From the IMG/VR virus record IMGVR_UViG_3300031786_000022, positions 1-36,658 of that record: 36,658 nucleotides of DNA. One strand, written 5' to 3'. Below are positions 25,615-36,111 of the stretch, piece by piece. The notes beneath the pieces are model-generated. The model saw nothing but the letters and a program-made list of their open reading frames with translations, did no database searches and had not been told where the DNA came from. Positions within the stretch are counted from its first letter, which is position 1. Each line of letters opens with the position of its first letter. The DNA is from a virus (lineage: Duplodnaviria > Caudoviricetes). Both the position numbers and the translations under genes were made by a program.

Positions 25615-26678
25615 TCGCAAGTGAGTGATTTGTCACATTCGCATCGTTCGAATGTGGTTTCCAAAAACCATTGTGAACCGATTTCGTTGTTCTTGGAGAT
25701 TTCGCCTTGGATTTGATATTCCGTTCCATTGACAAAAACGTCGCGTCCCGTGAAAACATTCACCAAATATTTGACGAATGTTTCCGGCAAATTGGCCGTT
25801 CTTAACAACCAGGTTTCGCAATATTGCGCGGCGGTTGTTCGCAGTGTGGCTCCAATGGTTTCTTTGGTGATTGTGAAATTGGTTCGTTCAAATGAACCCG
25901 GAACACGAATTTTGTTTGAATACGCAAACGGTGTTCCGTTTCCGGCCGTGAAATTGGTTCCGTAATAATACCCAAAACAATCGGTTCGCGGATAAACAGA
26001 TTCAACCAATTGTGTTTTTTCTCCGTTAGAACATGGAACCATTTTGAATGGCTCCGAACAAAATTCAACAACGGATTCACTAACGCCCAAACAAAAACGT
26101 GACGCCGTGAACGTGAAAAGAAAGTAAAAACACGGGTCCAATCCGGCGCCAACCATATATGTTTGAATGGCGGCCAAATTGAAACGAATAATTTGGATTG
26201 GATTAATTGATTGATTGCCGGCGTAATCGGTTGACGTGTATTCGCCAACGTAATGATTTGGAGCAATGACGCCAAACATTTCTTCAGTAATTTCCAACGC
26301 CTGGTCATCACAACATGAACGGATTTCAAATGTCGCAAAGGCCGTTACTCCAGGGGTCAACAAATCGGTTGGCAACCATCCATTTTCACAATCAACGTTT
26401 CCGATTTCGTCGGGTTGTTGAAATTGAAAATCCATTGTGTCACCGGTTTCGAATGGAACCCAAAATGGAACATCATTCAAACACAATTTGCAATTCCATG
26501 AATCACCACAATCACACAAAATCAATCCATTTTCCAAAATCAATTTCGTGCAATCCTGGCCACATGTGTTTCGGATGTCCACACATAAAATTCGGGCGTT
26601 GGGGTCCGGATATTCACATGGTTCGGTGACATCACAATTGATGACATTGGCCACTCTGTATGAATCGAACAATTCCAT
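25611..26678 (-). CDS. Cys-rich tail tip / baseplate-region protein, 355 aa
   Basis: 21 Cys, beta-rich; last gene of the tail block. Confidence 0.6.
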   Translation of the reverse strand: MELFDSYRVANVINCDVTEPCEYPDPNARILCVDIRNTCGQDCTKLILENGLILCDCGDSWNCKLCLNDVPFWVPFETGDTMDFQFQQPDEIGNVDCENGWLPTDLLTPGVTAFATFEIRSCCDDQALEITEEMFGVIAPNHYVGEYTSTDYAGNQSINPIQIIRFNLAAIQTYMVGAGLDPCFYFLFTFTASRFCLGVSESVVEFCSEPFKMVPCSNGEKTQLVESVYPRTDCFGYYYGTNFTAGNGTPFAYSNKIRVPGSFERTNFTITKETIGATLRTTAAQYCETWLLRTANLPETFVKYLVNVFTGRDVFVNGTEYQIQGEISKNNEIGSQWFLETTFERCECDKSLTCE

Positions 26679-26682
26679 GTTT

Positions 26683-26690
26683 CAAAGTTA
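26683..26690 (-). promoter_or_regulatory. -7 element TAACTTTG
   Basis: Consensus match in an 18-nt intergenic gap. Confidence 0.45.
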
Positions 26691-26696
26691 GTTAAA

Positions 26697-29600
26697 TTAT
26701 GGACATAATTGGTTCCCAATTTTGAACGCAAATGTTCCGGTCATGTCCGTTCCGGCTCCGGTTGTAAACAAATAAAATCCGCCGGTGTCGGCGCCCCATG
26801 TAAAGTAAACAGAACCGGACGTTGAACCAACCGGAATGGAAAACGTTGTCGGGTCGCCCGAATCAATGGTCCCCATTTTAAAATCCAACGCCCTGGTTGT
26901 TGGGACGCTGAATAAATATTCAAAATAATATGTTTGCCCCGGGACCGGATAAATCGTCGAACCATTGGATGTTCTAAACAAACAATATCGTCCGGACGTC
27001 ACGTTGTTCAATGTTCCATTGACCGTGTTTCCAACCTGTGGTGATGAAACGACAATCAATGACGAACCCGCGTTTTTTGTATGGAATAAAAAATATTCGC
27101 AAATGGGCGGAACCTCCGGCGAACTAATGTATCCGCAAAAACGATATGTTTTGTTTTCGAACTGCGGCGCGTCCAAAATAACGGACGCGGTCAATGTAAC
27201 GGGGTCGAACACGGTGTCCATCGACAACACCAATGGCGACATCAATTGTGTCATTTGGTTCACTCCAATGACTTCGTCGTTTTCTTGCAGTACGGACAAA
27301 CCGAATGGTTCCGGTTCAATGAAAAACAAAAAATTTCCTTCCATTGTTGATTGATACGTCAATCGAACGGATAACCAATCGGAAAAACAAATCGGTTCTT
27401 CAATCGGAACAAACAAACCCGTCGTCGGGTCCTGGCCTTCAAACGTCACATCGGTCAACCTTGTGTCAAAACCCGTGTTGAATGGCTCGAAATCAATGGC
27501 ATTCACTTTGAACGCTTTGACTACATTCCAAACAAATGGTTGGCCAAAATATGGCGACAAATTAAACGTGAACACATATTCAAAAAATATGTCGTTGTTC
27601 ATCCATGAATCAGTGATGGTCAACGCGGAAACATATGTTGACGCTAATGGTCCGGCCGGTGTTCGGTTCATGTATGTGGCCGTGTTTGCGGTGAATACCT
27701 GGCCACTCGAAAACAAAGTTGATTCCCAACGAACACGGCGGTTTTTGATGTACACGCGGACATCGTTTGCTCCGGATTGTTGAACAACCAAATCATTGAA
27801 ATTTTGGTAATTGCCCGGAAACGCGTTATTTCTAACGGACAAATGTGTTTCGTATTGGAAAAACGTTGTTTGTCCTGTATTTGGATAATCTTCGACGCGT
27901 TTGTATATGTTCAAACGAATGTTTGCCAATACTGTCCGCCAATCTGCGATGTCCAAATCCCATTTGTCCAAACAATCCGCGAAATCACTTGGTGACAAAA
28001 TCAATTGGTGTCCAATCCTTTCTTTGCCAACGGGGCGAAAACATTCGGTTGTTTGTTTCTGCCAATACTGCGAAAATTCCGACGTCATCGACGGGGCGCA
28101 ATCACAATCCATGTCCGGAAATTGGGTGACTCGAAATGAGTTTGACAAAAACGTGTTGACCATTTCCCCGTTTGATGAATAAACAATGGCGGCCATTCGA
28201 TATGTTGACGACGGTTGAACGGTTGTTCCAACGTACAAAGAACCAATCCAATTCGCCCCGGACGTTCCAACGGCTCCAGGTCGAACCAAATGGTTGTCCA
28301 ATACTCCGGCGCCCGAATAGGCGGCGACCAAATAACGTGATGAATCGGTGGCGCTTAAAAAATCAACCGAATTGTCGAACCCGGTTTCATCAAACAAATG
28401 GAAAACGATGTCGGGCGCTGACGTTCCAAACGCCGGAGGTATGTAAACAGAAAATTGAACTTTTGTTTTTTCAATGGTCGAAAAATTCGTCACAACGCCA
28501 TTGTCACGCGACAACGTGAATGATTGGTTGCTAAACTCGGACGGACCATTGTTCAATCCTTTATTGTAAAATCGCGACGTGATGGTTGAACATGTTGTTG
28601 TTCCACATCGAAACATTGAATCGCCAATCAACACGGCCGGGTCGGTCACATGGAAAGCCGCTTGCAATGTTTCGCGGTTGTTGTAAACAGACGGAAATGA
28701 ATTATCGTAATCATTCGACGCATAAAATGAATTCCGTTTCAATTTGACGCTATTGTCAAACGTGACGTTGTCCAAAAATTGTCGAAAATCTTGCACCATG
28801 TAAAATGTGAATTCAACATTGAATTGACCATTGGACGGATTGGTTGGTCTGAAATTGACTTCCCAATTTCGCAAATTCAACGCGTTGGATGTGGTTCCAT
28901 TCAAAACCATTGGTTGGGCCGTCCCGGTCGGATGCGCTCCGGACAAATATTGGATGAAATATCCGGCCGACAACGCGTCGGGTGATTCAAATAATGAATA
29001 ACATTCCGGAGCAAACAACGCCGGGTTGAACTGCAATCGCCATCCGGTCACAATTGGGTTTCCATACTTCATTGAAAACACAACGGTTTTTTTGTCCAAA
29101 AATGACGATTTGGAATGGACGGTGTCCGGTAAGCAGAACCCGCCATCCGGGTTCAAATAATTTCCGTCTGTTTGAATTTCGATGTTCTCACAACAAAGAC
29201 AATCGCAATCCGCCGCGATGGCCGTTCCGGCTGTATTGAATGCAACTCCACAATAATCCGGTACGCATGATATGAAATCCGAAACGTCCGTTGGTGTCCA
29301 TGTTAATGTCATGGAACCCGTTGACATTGGCGCCAAAATCGTTGGTGATGGAACCATGATTGGGTCAACGGAACCACAACCCGTGTAATCCAATGAAATT
29401 GAAACGGGGCCAATTGTTGGATTGTAAAGTGAAACGGATTGGGAATTGGTTGTTCCAACGGGCGTGTCCGTAAAATCAAACACGGTTCCCGAAAACACCC
29501 AAACCGTTGACCAATCAACACATTCCATGTTGAATGTCCACGCCAAATCATTGGTGTGTTCAACGGTCACGAAATTTCCGTCCCAACTACCCAATGGCGA

Positions 29601-29879
29601 CGTGACAGAGTCCCAACAAAATTCAAGGTCCAACGTAAATGTGTCACCTTCAGCGATAAAAAAAGGCCATGAAACGGCGCCGCCATTGATGGCAATGATA
29701 TTGATGGACGCCAAACCCGAACCGGTCAAATCGGTCAAAAAATCGGTGATGTTCAAATCCGAACTATGGACGTTTTCAAACGTCACGGTCGCGACCTGGC
29801 AGATTTGACAACAATTCAAATAATTGATTGGACCATCCGGTTGGATGCCATTCACAATATCAATTCGATGTATGGCCAT
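26697..29879 (-). CDS. Large tail fibre / adhesin-like protein, 1060 aa, with N-terminal Ig-like domains
   Basis: Beta-rich, T/S/N/F-rich, 25 Cys; second gene after the tape measure. Confidence 0.7.
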   Translation of the reverse strand: MAIHRIDIVNGIQPDGPINYLNCCQICQVATVTFENVHSSDLNITDFLTDLTGSGLASINIIAINGGAVSWPFFIAEGDTFTLDLEFCWDSVTSPLGSWDGNFVTVEHTNDLAWTFNMECVDWSTVWVFSGTVFDFTDTPVGTTNSQSVSLYNPTIGPVSISLDYTGCGSVDPIMVPSPTILAPMSTGSMTLTWTPTDVSDFISCVPDYCGVAFNTAGTAIAADCDCLCCENIEIQTDGNYLNPDGGFCLPDTVHSKSSFLDKKTVVFSMKYGNPIVTGWRLQFNPALFAPECYSLFESPDALSAGYFIQYLSGAHPTGTAQPMVLNGTTSNALNLRNWEVNFRPTNPSNGQFNVEFTFYMVQDFRQFLDNVTFDNSVKLKRNSFYASNDYDNSFPSVYNNRETLQAAFHVTDPAVLIGDSMFRCGTTTCSTITSRFYNKGLNNGPSEFSNQSFTLSRDNGVVTNFSTIEKTKVQFSVYIPPAFGTSAPDIVFHLFDETGFDNSVDFLSATDSSRYLVAAYSGAGVLDNHLVRPGAVGTSGANWIGSLYVGTTVQPSSTYRMAAIVYSSNGEMVNTFLSNSFRVTQFPDMDCDCAPSMTSEFSQYWQKQTTECFRPVGKERIGHQLILSPSDFADCLDKWDLDIADWRTVLANIRLNIYKRVEDYPNTGQTTFFQYETHLSVRNNAFPGNYQNFNDLVVQQSGANDVRVYIKNRRVRWESTLFSSGQVFTANTATYMNRTPAGPLASTYVSALTITDSWMNNDIFFEYVFTFNLSPYFGQPFVWNVVKAFKVNAIDFEPFNTGFDTRLTDVTFEGQDPTTGLFVPIEEPICFSDWLSVRLTYQSTMEGNFLFFIEPEPFGLSVLQENDEVIGVNQMTQLMSPLVLSMDTVFDPVTLTASVILDAPQFENKTYRFCGYISSPEVPPICEYFLFHTKNAGSSLIVVSSPQVGNTVNGTLNNVTSGRYCLFRTSNGSTIYPVPGQTYYFEYLFSVPTTRALDFKMGTIDSGDPTTFSIPVGSTSGSVYFTWGADTGGFYLFTTGAGTDMTGTFAFKIGNQLCP

Positions 29880-29891
29880 TTTCGTGTTTTA

Positions 29892-31691
29892 TTAAACGAT
29901 TCCGGAAACGCCAATGGTCCGTTTCACAAAATCAATTTGCAATTCTTTGATTTCTCCAAATTTAATGTTGTTTCCAACTCGCAGACGAACCGATTTCGAA
30001 AAATCAATTCCATTGTATTCACCACAGTCAAAAGAAAAGGTGAAATTGAAATTGAACAATTTCGTTCCGGCCAACCTTGGATTGTCGATGTAATGAAATA
30101 ACGTGTACAAATTGTTGGCGGCGTTATTATTGAACGACATTGGATAATTAAACAAATGTTCGGGCGGAACGGTGTTGTTTGAATTAAAAAACGCCAAAAT
30201 TTCGCTGCCGGGCGTTAAATATGGACGGCGAACGGGCGAAAGTGTGAAATTCAAATCGTAGTTGGTTTGTACCCTTGCGTTTTCGTCGCCGCTTGCAGAA
30301 TTCCAAATCAAAAATTTGTAATTGGATGGCGTATGTTGGGCCATCATTAAAAGTCCGCGTGATGCCTGTATTGTTGGAATAAATGGCAAAGCAAAAATGA
30401 ATCCGGCGTACACCTGTTGTTCCAAATTATCGGTTCCGGCTCCGTCCCAACGAAAACGCGGCATTGACGACAACAACGTGACGTCCAATGATTCTTTTTG
30501 ACGCAATGATGGCGGCGAATTCCATTCCACAATGTCTTCAAATCGCAAACCGGCTTCATTTCCCGTGATGTCGATGGCGTCCAAAGAATATTTGTAAATG
30601 GCAAACGCCTTTTGTGGTTTATCAATCCAGGAAAAACAAATTTCATTTTCAACGATTCTGCCATCATTCAACAATTGTTCGGCGTCAATCCAGGGCGCCG
30701 CCGCCGAAAAATTGTCCTTTCGTTCAAACAAAAACGTGTTTCCTACAATCCAATATCGCGCGTTGAAAATTGGATTCAAATGGCGCGTCATCAATGTGTC
30801 CAATGATTCGATTGGCAAATTTTGTTCAATCAATCTCGCTTCGGTGTCGCTTGGTTTGTATCCGCGTTGCACCGGAGCGGAAAACAATAATAAATTGTAG
30901 TATGGTGATGACGGGTCATTCAAAATCGACGATTGGAATGTCAATCCACATTTGTCACAAACATTTTGAATGTAGTCACGAACTAACGCGGTCGGGTGAT
31001 ACCACTGACATTGAATCATCCGGTCGCGCAAATCATTATACCAACCTGAAATGTCGGAAAATGCACCGGCCGGATTCGTCCATGTTCCACCCTGGCAATC
31101 TGCCAATGTGCAATTTGGTGAAACGGCGCAAACAACGGAACAAACAACAAAGGCAATTGATTGAATGACAACAACAACGGCCGACAATGGCAATAACACC
31201 AAAAAAATGGCCGTGTTCAATATGCCATAAATCAAAAACAAAATCGCATAAATAAAGTCGGGTCTGGTTTCGATGCAATATCTTAATTTTTTTTGTGGTT
31301 GACTCAAAAAACCATTGTGGTTGTCAGTTATCAATGTGGATTTGACACAATTCAAGGCTTCTTTTTTTTCAACCACACTCGCAGACACCCAACATTCGGG
31401 TTCGCACCAATCAACGGAATTCCCGGAAATGAATCCGGAAAACACCAAACGTCCACAACATTCGTCAAAAATTTCCACATCAACTTCATTGATGAATCCA
31501 TTGGGGTTGTCAATCAAAATCGACCTTAAAATGGAATATCCGTCATCATAAAATCGTAACTCCGACGAATAGGACTTTGCCAATCCGCCATCGTCATCGT
31601 TTTCACGCCATGTGATTGTGAATTGTTCGGTTCCATCAATTCGACCGGTGATGACGGTTCCGTTTAATTTGATGACAATGGGTGATTTCAT
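29892..31691 (-). CDS. Tail tip / hub protein with an internal hydrophobic segment, 599 aa
   Basis: ATGA overlap with the tape measure; C-terminal GEIKELQIDF pattern; 15 Cys. Confidence 0.65.
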   Translation of the reverse strand: MKSPIVIKLNGTVITGRIDGTEQFTITWRENDDDGGLAKSYSSELRFYDDGYSILRSILIDNPNGFINEVDVEIFDECCGRLVFSGFISGNSVDWCEPECWVSASVVEKKEALNCVKSTLITDNHNGFLSQPQKKLRYCIETRPDFIYAILFLIYGILNTAIFLVLLPLSAVVVVIQSIAFVVCSVVCAVSPNCTLADCQGGTWTNPAGAFSDISGWYNDLRDRMIQCQWYHPTALVRDYIQNVCDKCGLTFQSSILNDPSSPYYNLLLFSAPVQRGYKPSDTEARLIEQNLPIESLDTLMTRHLNPIFNARYWIVGNTFLFERKDNFSAAAPWIDAEQLLNDGRIVENEICFSWIDKPQKAFAIYKYSLDAIDITGNEAGLRFEDIVEWNSPPSLRQKESLDVTLLSSMPRFRWDGAGTDNLEQQVYAGFIFALPFIPTIQASRGLLMMAQHTPSNYKFLIWNSASGDENARVQTNYDLNFTLSPVRRPYLTPGSEILAFFNSNNTVPPEHLFNYPMSFNNNAANNLYTLFHYIDNPRLAGTKLFNFNFTFSFDCGEYNGIDFSKSVRLRVGNNIKFGEIKELQIDFVKRTIGVSGIV

Positions 31692-34600
31692 CGCGCGGCG
31701 TTTTTGATTCTGTTTTGTTTGTATTGCAGACGGGAAACGATTCCGTTGATTCCGCGTTCATCGATGGACAATTCCAATCCGCGTTGGCTTCGGATGGCCT
31801 TTTCAATGCGGTCCAAACGTGATTCCATTCCTTTGTTGTTGGCGGCCATCACACCATCGGAAAAACCTTTGACTAACATTGGATTTCGTCCGGTGTGTAT
31901 GGCCTCCAATATCGGACGGAATTTTTGCGTTTTCTCTTTTGTCACAACGAATTCGCCCCGGTGAACAATACCGGCCGGTTCGAATTTTCCGCCGTCGCCC
32001 GTATATCCACCCGTCGCGAATGATGCGGCCGCTTGCGCTTGCGCCCTGGCTTGGGCAAATCCGGCGGCCAATGCCACAACGGCGGCGGCAACCGTCAACG
32101 CGGTGGCGACTCCATTTCCGGCGGCGGCGGCCTTTGCGACTGCCAACGCGGAATTTGCGGCGATTTCAATCAATGTCAACGCTTGTTGGGCTTCAACATA
32201 TCGTTGGCGTTGTTTGGTCAAATCGTCCAAACGTTTTTGTTCTAATTGTAACAATTCAGCGTTTCCATTTTCCGCAATTTCACGGGCGGCGTCAACGCGT
32301 TTTTGTTGTTGTTCAATCAACGCGTCCGTTTGGGTGATTTGTGCGTCGATGAATTGTTTGGCGGCGTTTCGGGTCGCGTCAATCAATTCGTTCAACGCTT
32401 TGTCGATTTCCTGTTTTCTTTTTTCTTCATTCGCCAAAAAATTGTCCGTTTCTTCATTATTCAATTTTTGACGGGCGTCCGAATATTTTTTCGATGTGTT
32501 GTAAATATCCAATTCGGCTTGGGCGTTGATGGCGGTGATTTCTTCAGCGGTCACACCTTCGGCGTTGACTGCGGCCACACGTTTGGTTTCGATGGCGTTC
32601 AACTCCAATTGTTCGGCCTTTCGATTCCCTTCGCGGATGGCTTGCAAATTTTCATTCAAACGAACACGAATGGCGTTTCGTTCTTCGGTTGTTTGGGCCT
32701 TTGACAATTGTTCAATCAATTGTGAACGCTGCGATTCCAATTCACGAACGGCGTCCAATTGTTGTTGTAAAGTCAAATCCGCGTTTGCCTTTTGACTTTC
32801 TGCAATGAAATTGTTTCGTTGGTTTTCCGCGTCAATGGTCAATTGCGTGATGGCCTTTTGCGCTTCGCCTTGAATCAACAAAAGTCCGTTTTTGCGTATT
32901 TCGGCAAATTTCAACGCGTTGGCCGTGAAAGTTCCGTCGGATTTTGCCTGTTCTTCGCGTTGGTCCATCTCCAGGTTGAAAAGTTCAACGGACTTTTGCG
33001 TTTCGGTTTCGACGCGGTCCAAACGTTCGCGAAATGTTTTCGGGTCATCTGCCAACTCCGGTTGGAATTTCAAATCAATCCGTTGTTTGGCGATTTCCTT
33101 CGATAGATTGTTTCGTAAATCGTTGATGGCCTTTTTTAAATCGTCGGCGGCCTTTTGTTGTGATTTGGTCAAATTGGCCGGTGTTGTTCCGGCGAACGGG
33201 TCAATCACGAATTCTTTGTTGACGGCGTCGATTTGCTCACTTGATTCTTGATATTGGTTCAAAAAGAAATCAAACGCGGTAAATAATGCGTCCCCGTTGG
33301 CCTTTGCTTCGGCCAATTGTTCGTCGGTGAATCCGAATTGGATTTTGTTGAATTCGTCAACGGCCTTTTGTTCTTCTGCGGTGATTTTGGCGAACGGGTT
33401 GTTGGCGATTAACGGGTCCAACGTAGCGCCCAAATTGGCGAAATTTTGCGCCGTTTGTATTGCGGCCTGGCTTGCGGCCAATGGTCCACCGGCCAATTGA
33501 TTTTGGACGGCCTGGTTGTTGGCCAACAAATCGTCAACGATTTTCTTTTGCGACGGAACCAAATCCGCGTAAATCTTTTGTGCGGTTTCGTTTCCGGCCG
33601 CCAACGATTTGGCCAAATCAACATAGGTGTTCGCCGCCAATTGTTGGGCGCGGGCCTGTTTGGCGTATAAATCCGTCAAAACTTGTTGTTTGGCTTCGGC
33701 TTGCGCTTTGTTTTTGATTTGCTTAATCAAATTTTGATACGCAACATCCAATTGTTCAATGAATTCCTTTTCATTTTTGATGTTGGTCAATGTGGTTCCA
33801 TACTTTCCATTGATTTCATCAATCAATTTTTTCCGTTCTGCGGAACCGGCGTTGGTATTTTTGAGCGCTCCAAACAACGCATTCAATTCCCCGGTTTCTT
33901 TTGCGATTTGTTCGTTGGCGATTGCGTTGACGTCTGCGACTGCCTTTTGCGCGGCGCTCAATTCTTCGGTCGCCACAACGGCTTCGTCGGTGGCGAAAAT
34001 GTAATCCGAAAACAACAACAACACGGCGGTCAATCCGCCAATGATTAATCCAACCGGATTGGCCTTCAATGCGGAGTTGAATGCGGTTGTGGCCAATGCG
34101 GCGCCCCTGGTCGCGACTGCGGACGCCGTTGTGGCCCCGGTCAACAAATTGGTGGCGGCCGTTGTGGCCCCGGTCCAAAACGCCTGTAATTTTTTGGCGG
34201 CGATGGCCAAATTTTCTTGGATGACCAATCGTTTGAATCCGATTTCATATCGCAATTGTGCAATCAACGCGGCGTTTTGGGCGGCCACATATATTCCAAT
34301 CGAACCGGCCAACAAAATGAATGTCCGGCGGTTTTCTTCAATGACCGATGGTAACGCTTGCAATCCGGCAATCACGGCAAACGCGGCGTCCGTCAATGTT
34401 TCAAATATTGGCAACACACCTTCGCCAACCGTCCGTTGTAATTCGGCCCAATTTCCCTCCAATGTGGACAATCGACCGGCGGTTGATTGGCTCAATTTAT
34501 CGGTCAAACCGAAAAATCGTCCACCTTCGGACGTCAATGTGGTGAACGCCTTTTCCAAATTGTCGAACGAAATTTTCCCTTCGGAACCCAATTTTTTCAC

Positions 34601-35197
34601 CTCTCCGGCGGAAACGCCCAATTGGTCCGCGAATAACTGAATGACCGGAACACCGGCCTCCGTCAATTGGTTGATGTCTTCAGCAAATAAAGTCCCTTGA
34701 ACACGGGCCTTTCCGTAAATGACCGACAATTCGTTGAAATCTTTTCCGGTGGCGGATGCGACGTCCCCAATCCGTCCCAATGTGGTTTGTAAATCTTCAA
34801 CCGGTGTTCCAAATGCCAAAAGTGATTTTGCCGCGTTGTTCACCTGTTCGGGTGTGAACGGTGTTTTGATGCTGAATTGTTCCAATTCTGCGAACAAATC
34901 TTTTGCGGCGGTTGCCGAACCCAAAAACGTTTCGAGTGATATGTTAACGGCTTCATAATCCGCAACGGCTTTGATGGCCCCTTTTGCAAAATCAACGGAC
35001 GCCCCGGCAATCGACAACCCTCCAAACGCGGCGGCGGCTCCGGCGATGGTTGTTTTCAAACCCTTCAATCCGGATTCGGCCGTTTTCGTGTTCTTTTGGA
35101 TGTTTTCAATTCCGGTGTTCAACTTCGCAAATTCGCTCCGTAGTTGGGCGGTGTCCGCTTGCAGTTTGAACAATATGTTGTTGACTTCAGTCGCCAT
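31688..35197 (-). CDS. Tape measure protein, 1169 aa (possibly chimeric at about 34444)
   Basis: TPF…GKDFNELSVIYGKARVQG tape-measure domain, Ala-rich TM region, FATGGYTGDGGKFEPAGIVHRGEFV motif. Confidence 0.95.
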   Translation of the reverse strand: MATEVNNILFKLQADTAQLRSEFAKLNTGIENIQKNTKTAESGLKGLKTTIAGAAAAFGGLSIAGASVDFAKGAIKAVADYEAVNISLETFLGSATAAKDLFAELEQFSIKTPFTPEQVNNAAKSLLAFGTPVEDLQTTLGRIGDVASATGKDFNELSVIYGKARVQGTLFAEDINQLTEAGVPVIQLFADQLGVSAGEVKKLGSEGKISFDNLEKAFTTLTSEGGRFFGLTDKLSQSTAGRLSTLEGNWAELQRTVGEGVLPIFETLTDAAFAVIAGLQALPSVIEENRRTFILLAGSIGIYVAAQNAALIAQLRYEIGFKRLVIQENLAIAAKKLQAFWTGATTAATNLLTGATTASAVATRGAALATTAFNSALKANPVGLIIGGLTAVLLLFSDYIFATDEAVVATEELSAAQKAVADVNAIANEQIAKETGELNALFGALKNTNAGSAERKKLIDEINGKYGTTLTNIKNEKEFIEQLDVAYQNLIKQIKNKAQAEAKQQVLTDLYAKQARAQQLAANTYVDLAKSLAAGNETAQKIYADLVPSQKKIVDDLLANNQAVQNQLAGGPLAASQAAIQTAQNFANLGATLDPLIANNPFAKITAEEQKAVDEFNKIQFGFTDEQLAEAKANGDALFTAFDFFLNQYQESSEQIDAVNKEFVIDPFAGTTPANLTKSQQKAADDLKKAINDLRNNLSKEIAKQRIDLKFQPELADDPKTFRERLDRVETETQKSVELFNLEMDQREEQAKSDGTFTANALKFAEIRKNGLLLIQGEAQKAITQLTIDAENQRNNFIAESQKANADLTLQQQLDAVRELESQRSQLIEQLSKAQTTEERNAIRVRLNENLQAIREGNRKAEQLELNAIETKRVAAVNAEGVTAEEITAINAQAELDIYNTSKKYSDARQKLNNEETDNFLANEEKRKQEIDKALNELIDATRNAAKQFIDAQITQTDALIEQQQKRVDAAREIAENGNAELLQLEQKRLDDLTKQRQRYVEAQQALTLIEIAANSALAVAKAAAAGNGVATALTVAAAVVALAAGFAQARAQAQAAASFATGGYTGDGGKFEPAGIVHRGEFVVTKEKTQKFRPILEAIHTGRNPMLVKGFSDGVMAANNKGMESRLDRIEKAIRSQRGLELSIDERGINGIVSRLQYKQNRIKNAAR

Positions 35198-35205
35198 GGC
35201 TTTTT

Positions 35206-35500
35206 TTATTTTTCGTTTTGTTCGTTCCGTTCATCTTGAATCCGGAAAAACGTTGAAATTGTTTGGTAGTATTCATCGACCGACAACGATTCCAACGCCT
35301 TCATTTCGCTGACTTTGTTTTCGCAAATGATTTGATTCGTGAAATTGATGTCGTCAATGTATTTCCCGATTTGAGCGATTGCAAAATCCGGTAGAATCTT
35401 TCGTTTTCCAGGGCGCTGACCTTCAAAAATTCTTGGATATCGCCCGACGATAGTTCGGAAAATTTGATTGTGGATGTCAACGCCCTTTGGACAAAAAAAT
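35206..35500 (-). CDS. -1 frameshift extension of the tail chaperone, second copy
   Basis: T7 run at 35493-35499; frame open to TAA at 35208-35206. Confidence 0.8.
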
Positions 35501-35948
35501 CGCGAACCAATGGATTGTTGTTCAATTTATCAATTCGGCGTTGTTTAAACACGTCATTGAATTCGCGTTCATCTTCGCCATCCAGGACGTAATAACACGC
35601 GGCCAATTCAATCAACGTTTGTTCTTCGCCAATGAATTCCAATCTCCATTCAATTTCGGCCAACAAATGGAACATTTCAACGATGTTGCCGGTGTTGGCG
35701 GATTTCTTCATGGATTCGACCATTGTTTTCAATTGGTCTTTGGTCATGTTCATTTCTGCGAACCTGGTCGCCACTTCGGCGGCGATGGTTCGTTTCGATG
35801 GCATTTGCAAAGGGTTGTTGTATTCGAACCAATGGTCCCCGTCGGAATCGGTGAATATTTTGGTCAATGGAATGACCGAACCGGTGACGTGTTTGGATTC
35901 TGCCATCACCGGGTTTGGTTTGGGTTGTTGTCGTTTGAAAAAATTCAT
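35301..35948 (-). CDS. Tail assembly chaperone, second copy
   Basis: Homologous to 981-1628. Confidence 0.75.
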   Translation of the reverse strand: MNFFKRQQPKPNPVMAESKHVTGSVIPLTKIFTDSDGDHWFEYNNPLQMPSKRTIAAEVATRFAEMNMTKDQLKTMVESMKKSANTGNIVEMFHLLAEIEWRLEFIGEEQTLIELAACYYVLDGEDEREFNDVFKQRRIDKLNNNPLVRDFFVQRALTSTIKFSELSSGDIQEFLKVSALENERFYRILQSLKSGNTLTTSISRIKSFAKTKSAK

Positions 35949-36073
35949 CGTTTGGGTTTGGGGTTTGCCTTTTTTGCTTTATTGATTGACGATTGACAAA
36001 TGGCATACGCGGACGATTCGGATTTCCCGGTCCGCATAACATCCGCCACACAACGTTCCAATTTTTTGGGCAT
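35945..36073 (-). CDS. 42-aa two-Cys protein, second copy
   Basis: MPKKLERCVADVMRTGKSESSAYAICQSSINKAKKANPKPKR. Confidence 0.8.
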   Translation of the reverse strand: MPKKLERCVADVMRTGKSESSAYAICQSSINKAKKANPKPKR

Positions 36074-36111
36074 GTCCTTTGATTTTTGTTCGCTCAAAGG
36101 TAGCGAAAAAA

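Noticed and set aside
26697-29879. Diversity-generating retroelement or invertible fibre cassette
   Set aside because: No reverse transcriptase, invertase or template/variable repeat pair was seen; mismatches in the duplicate region are not adenine-specific
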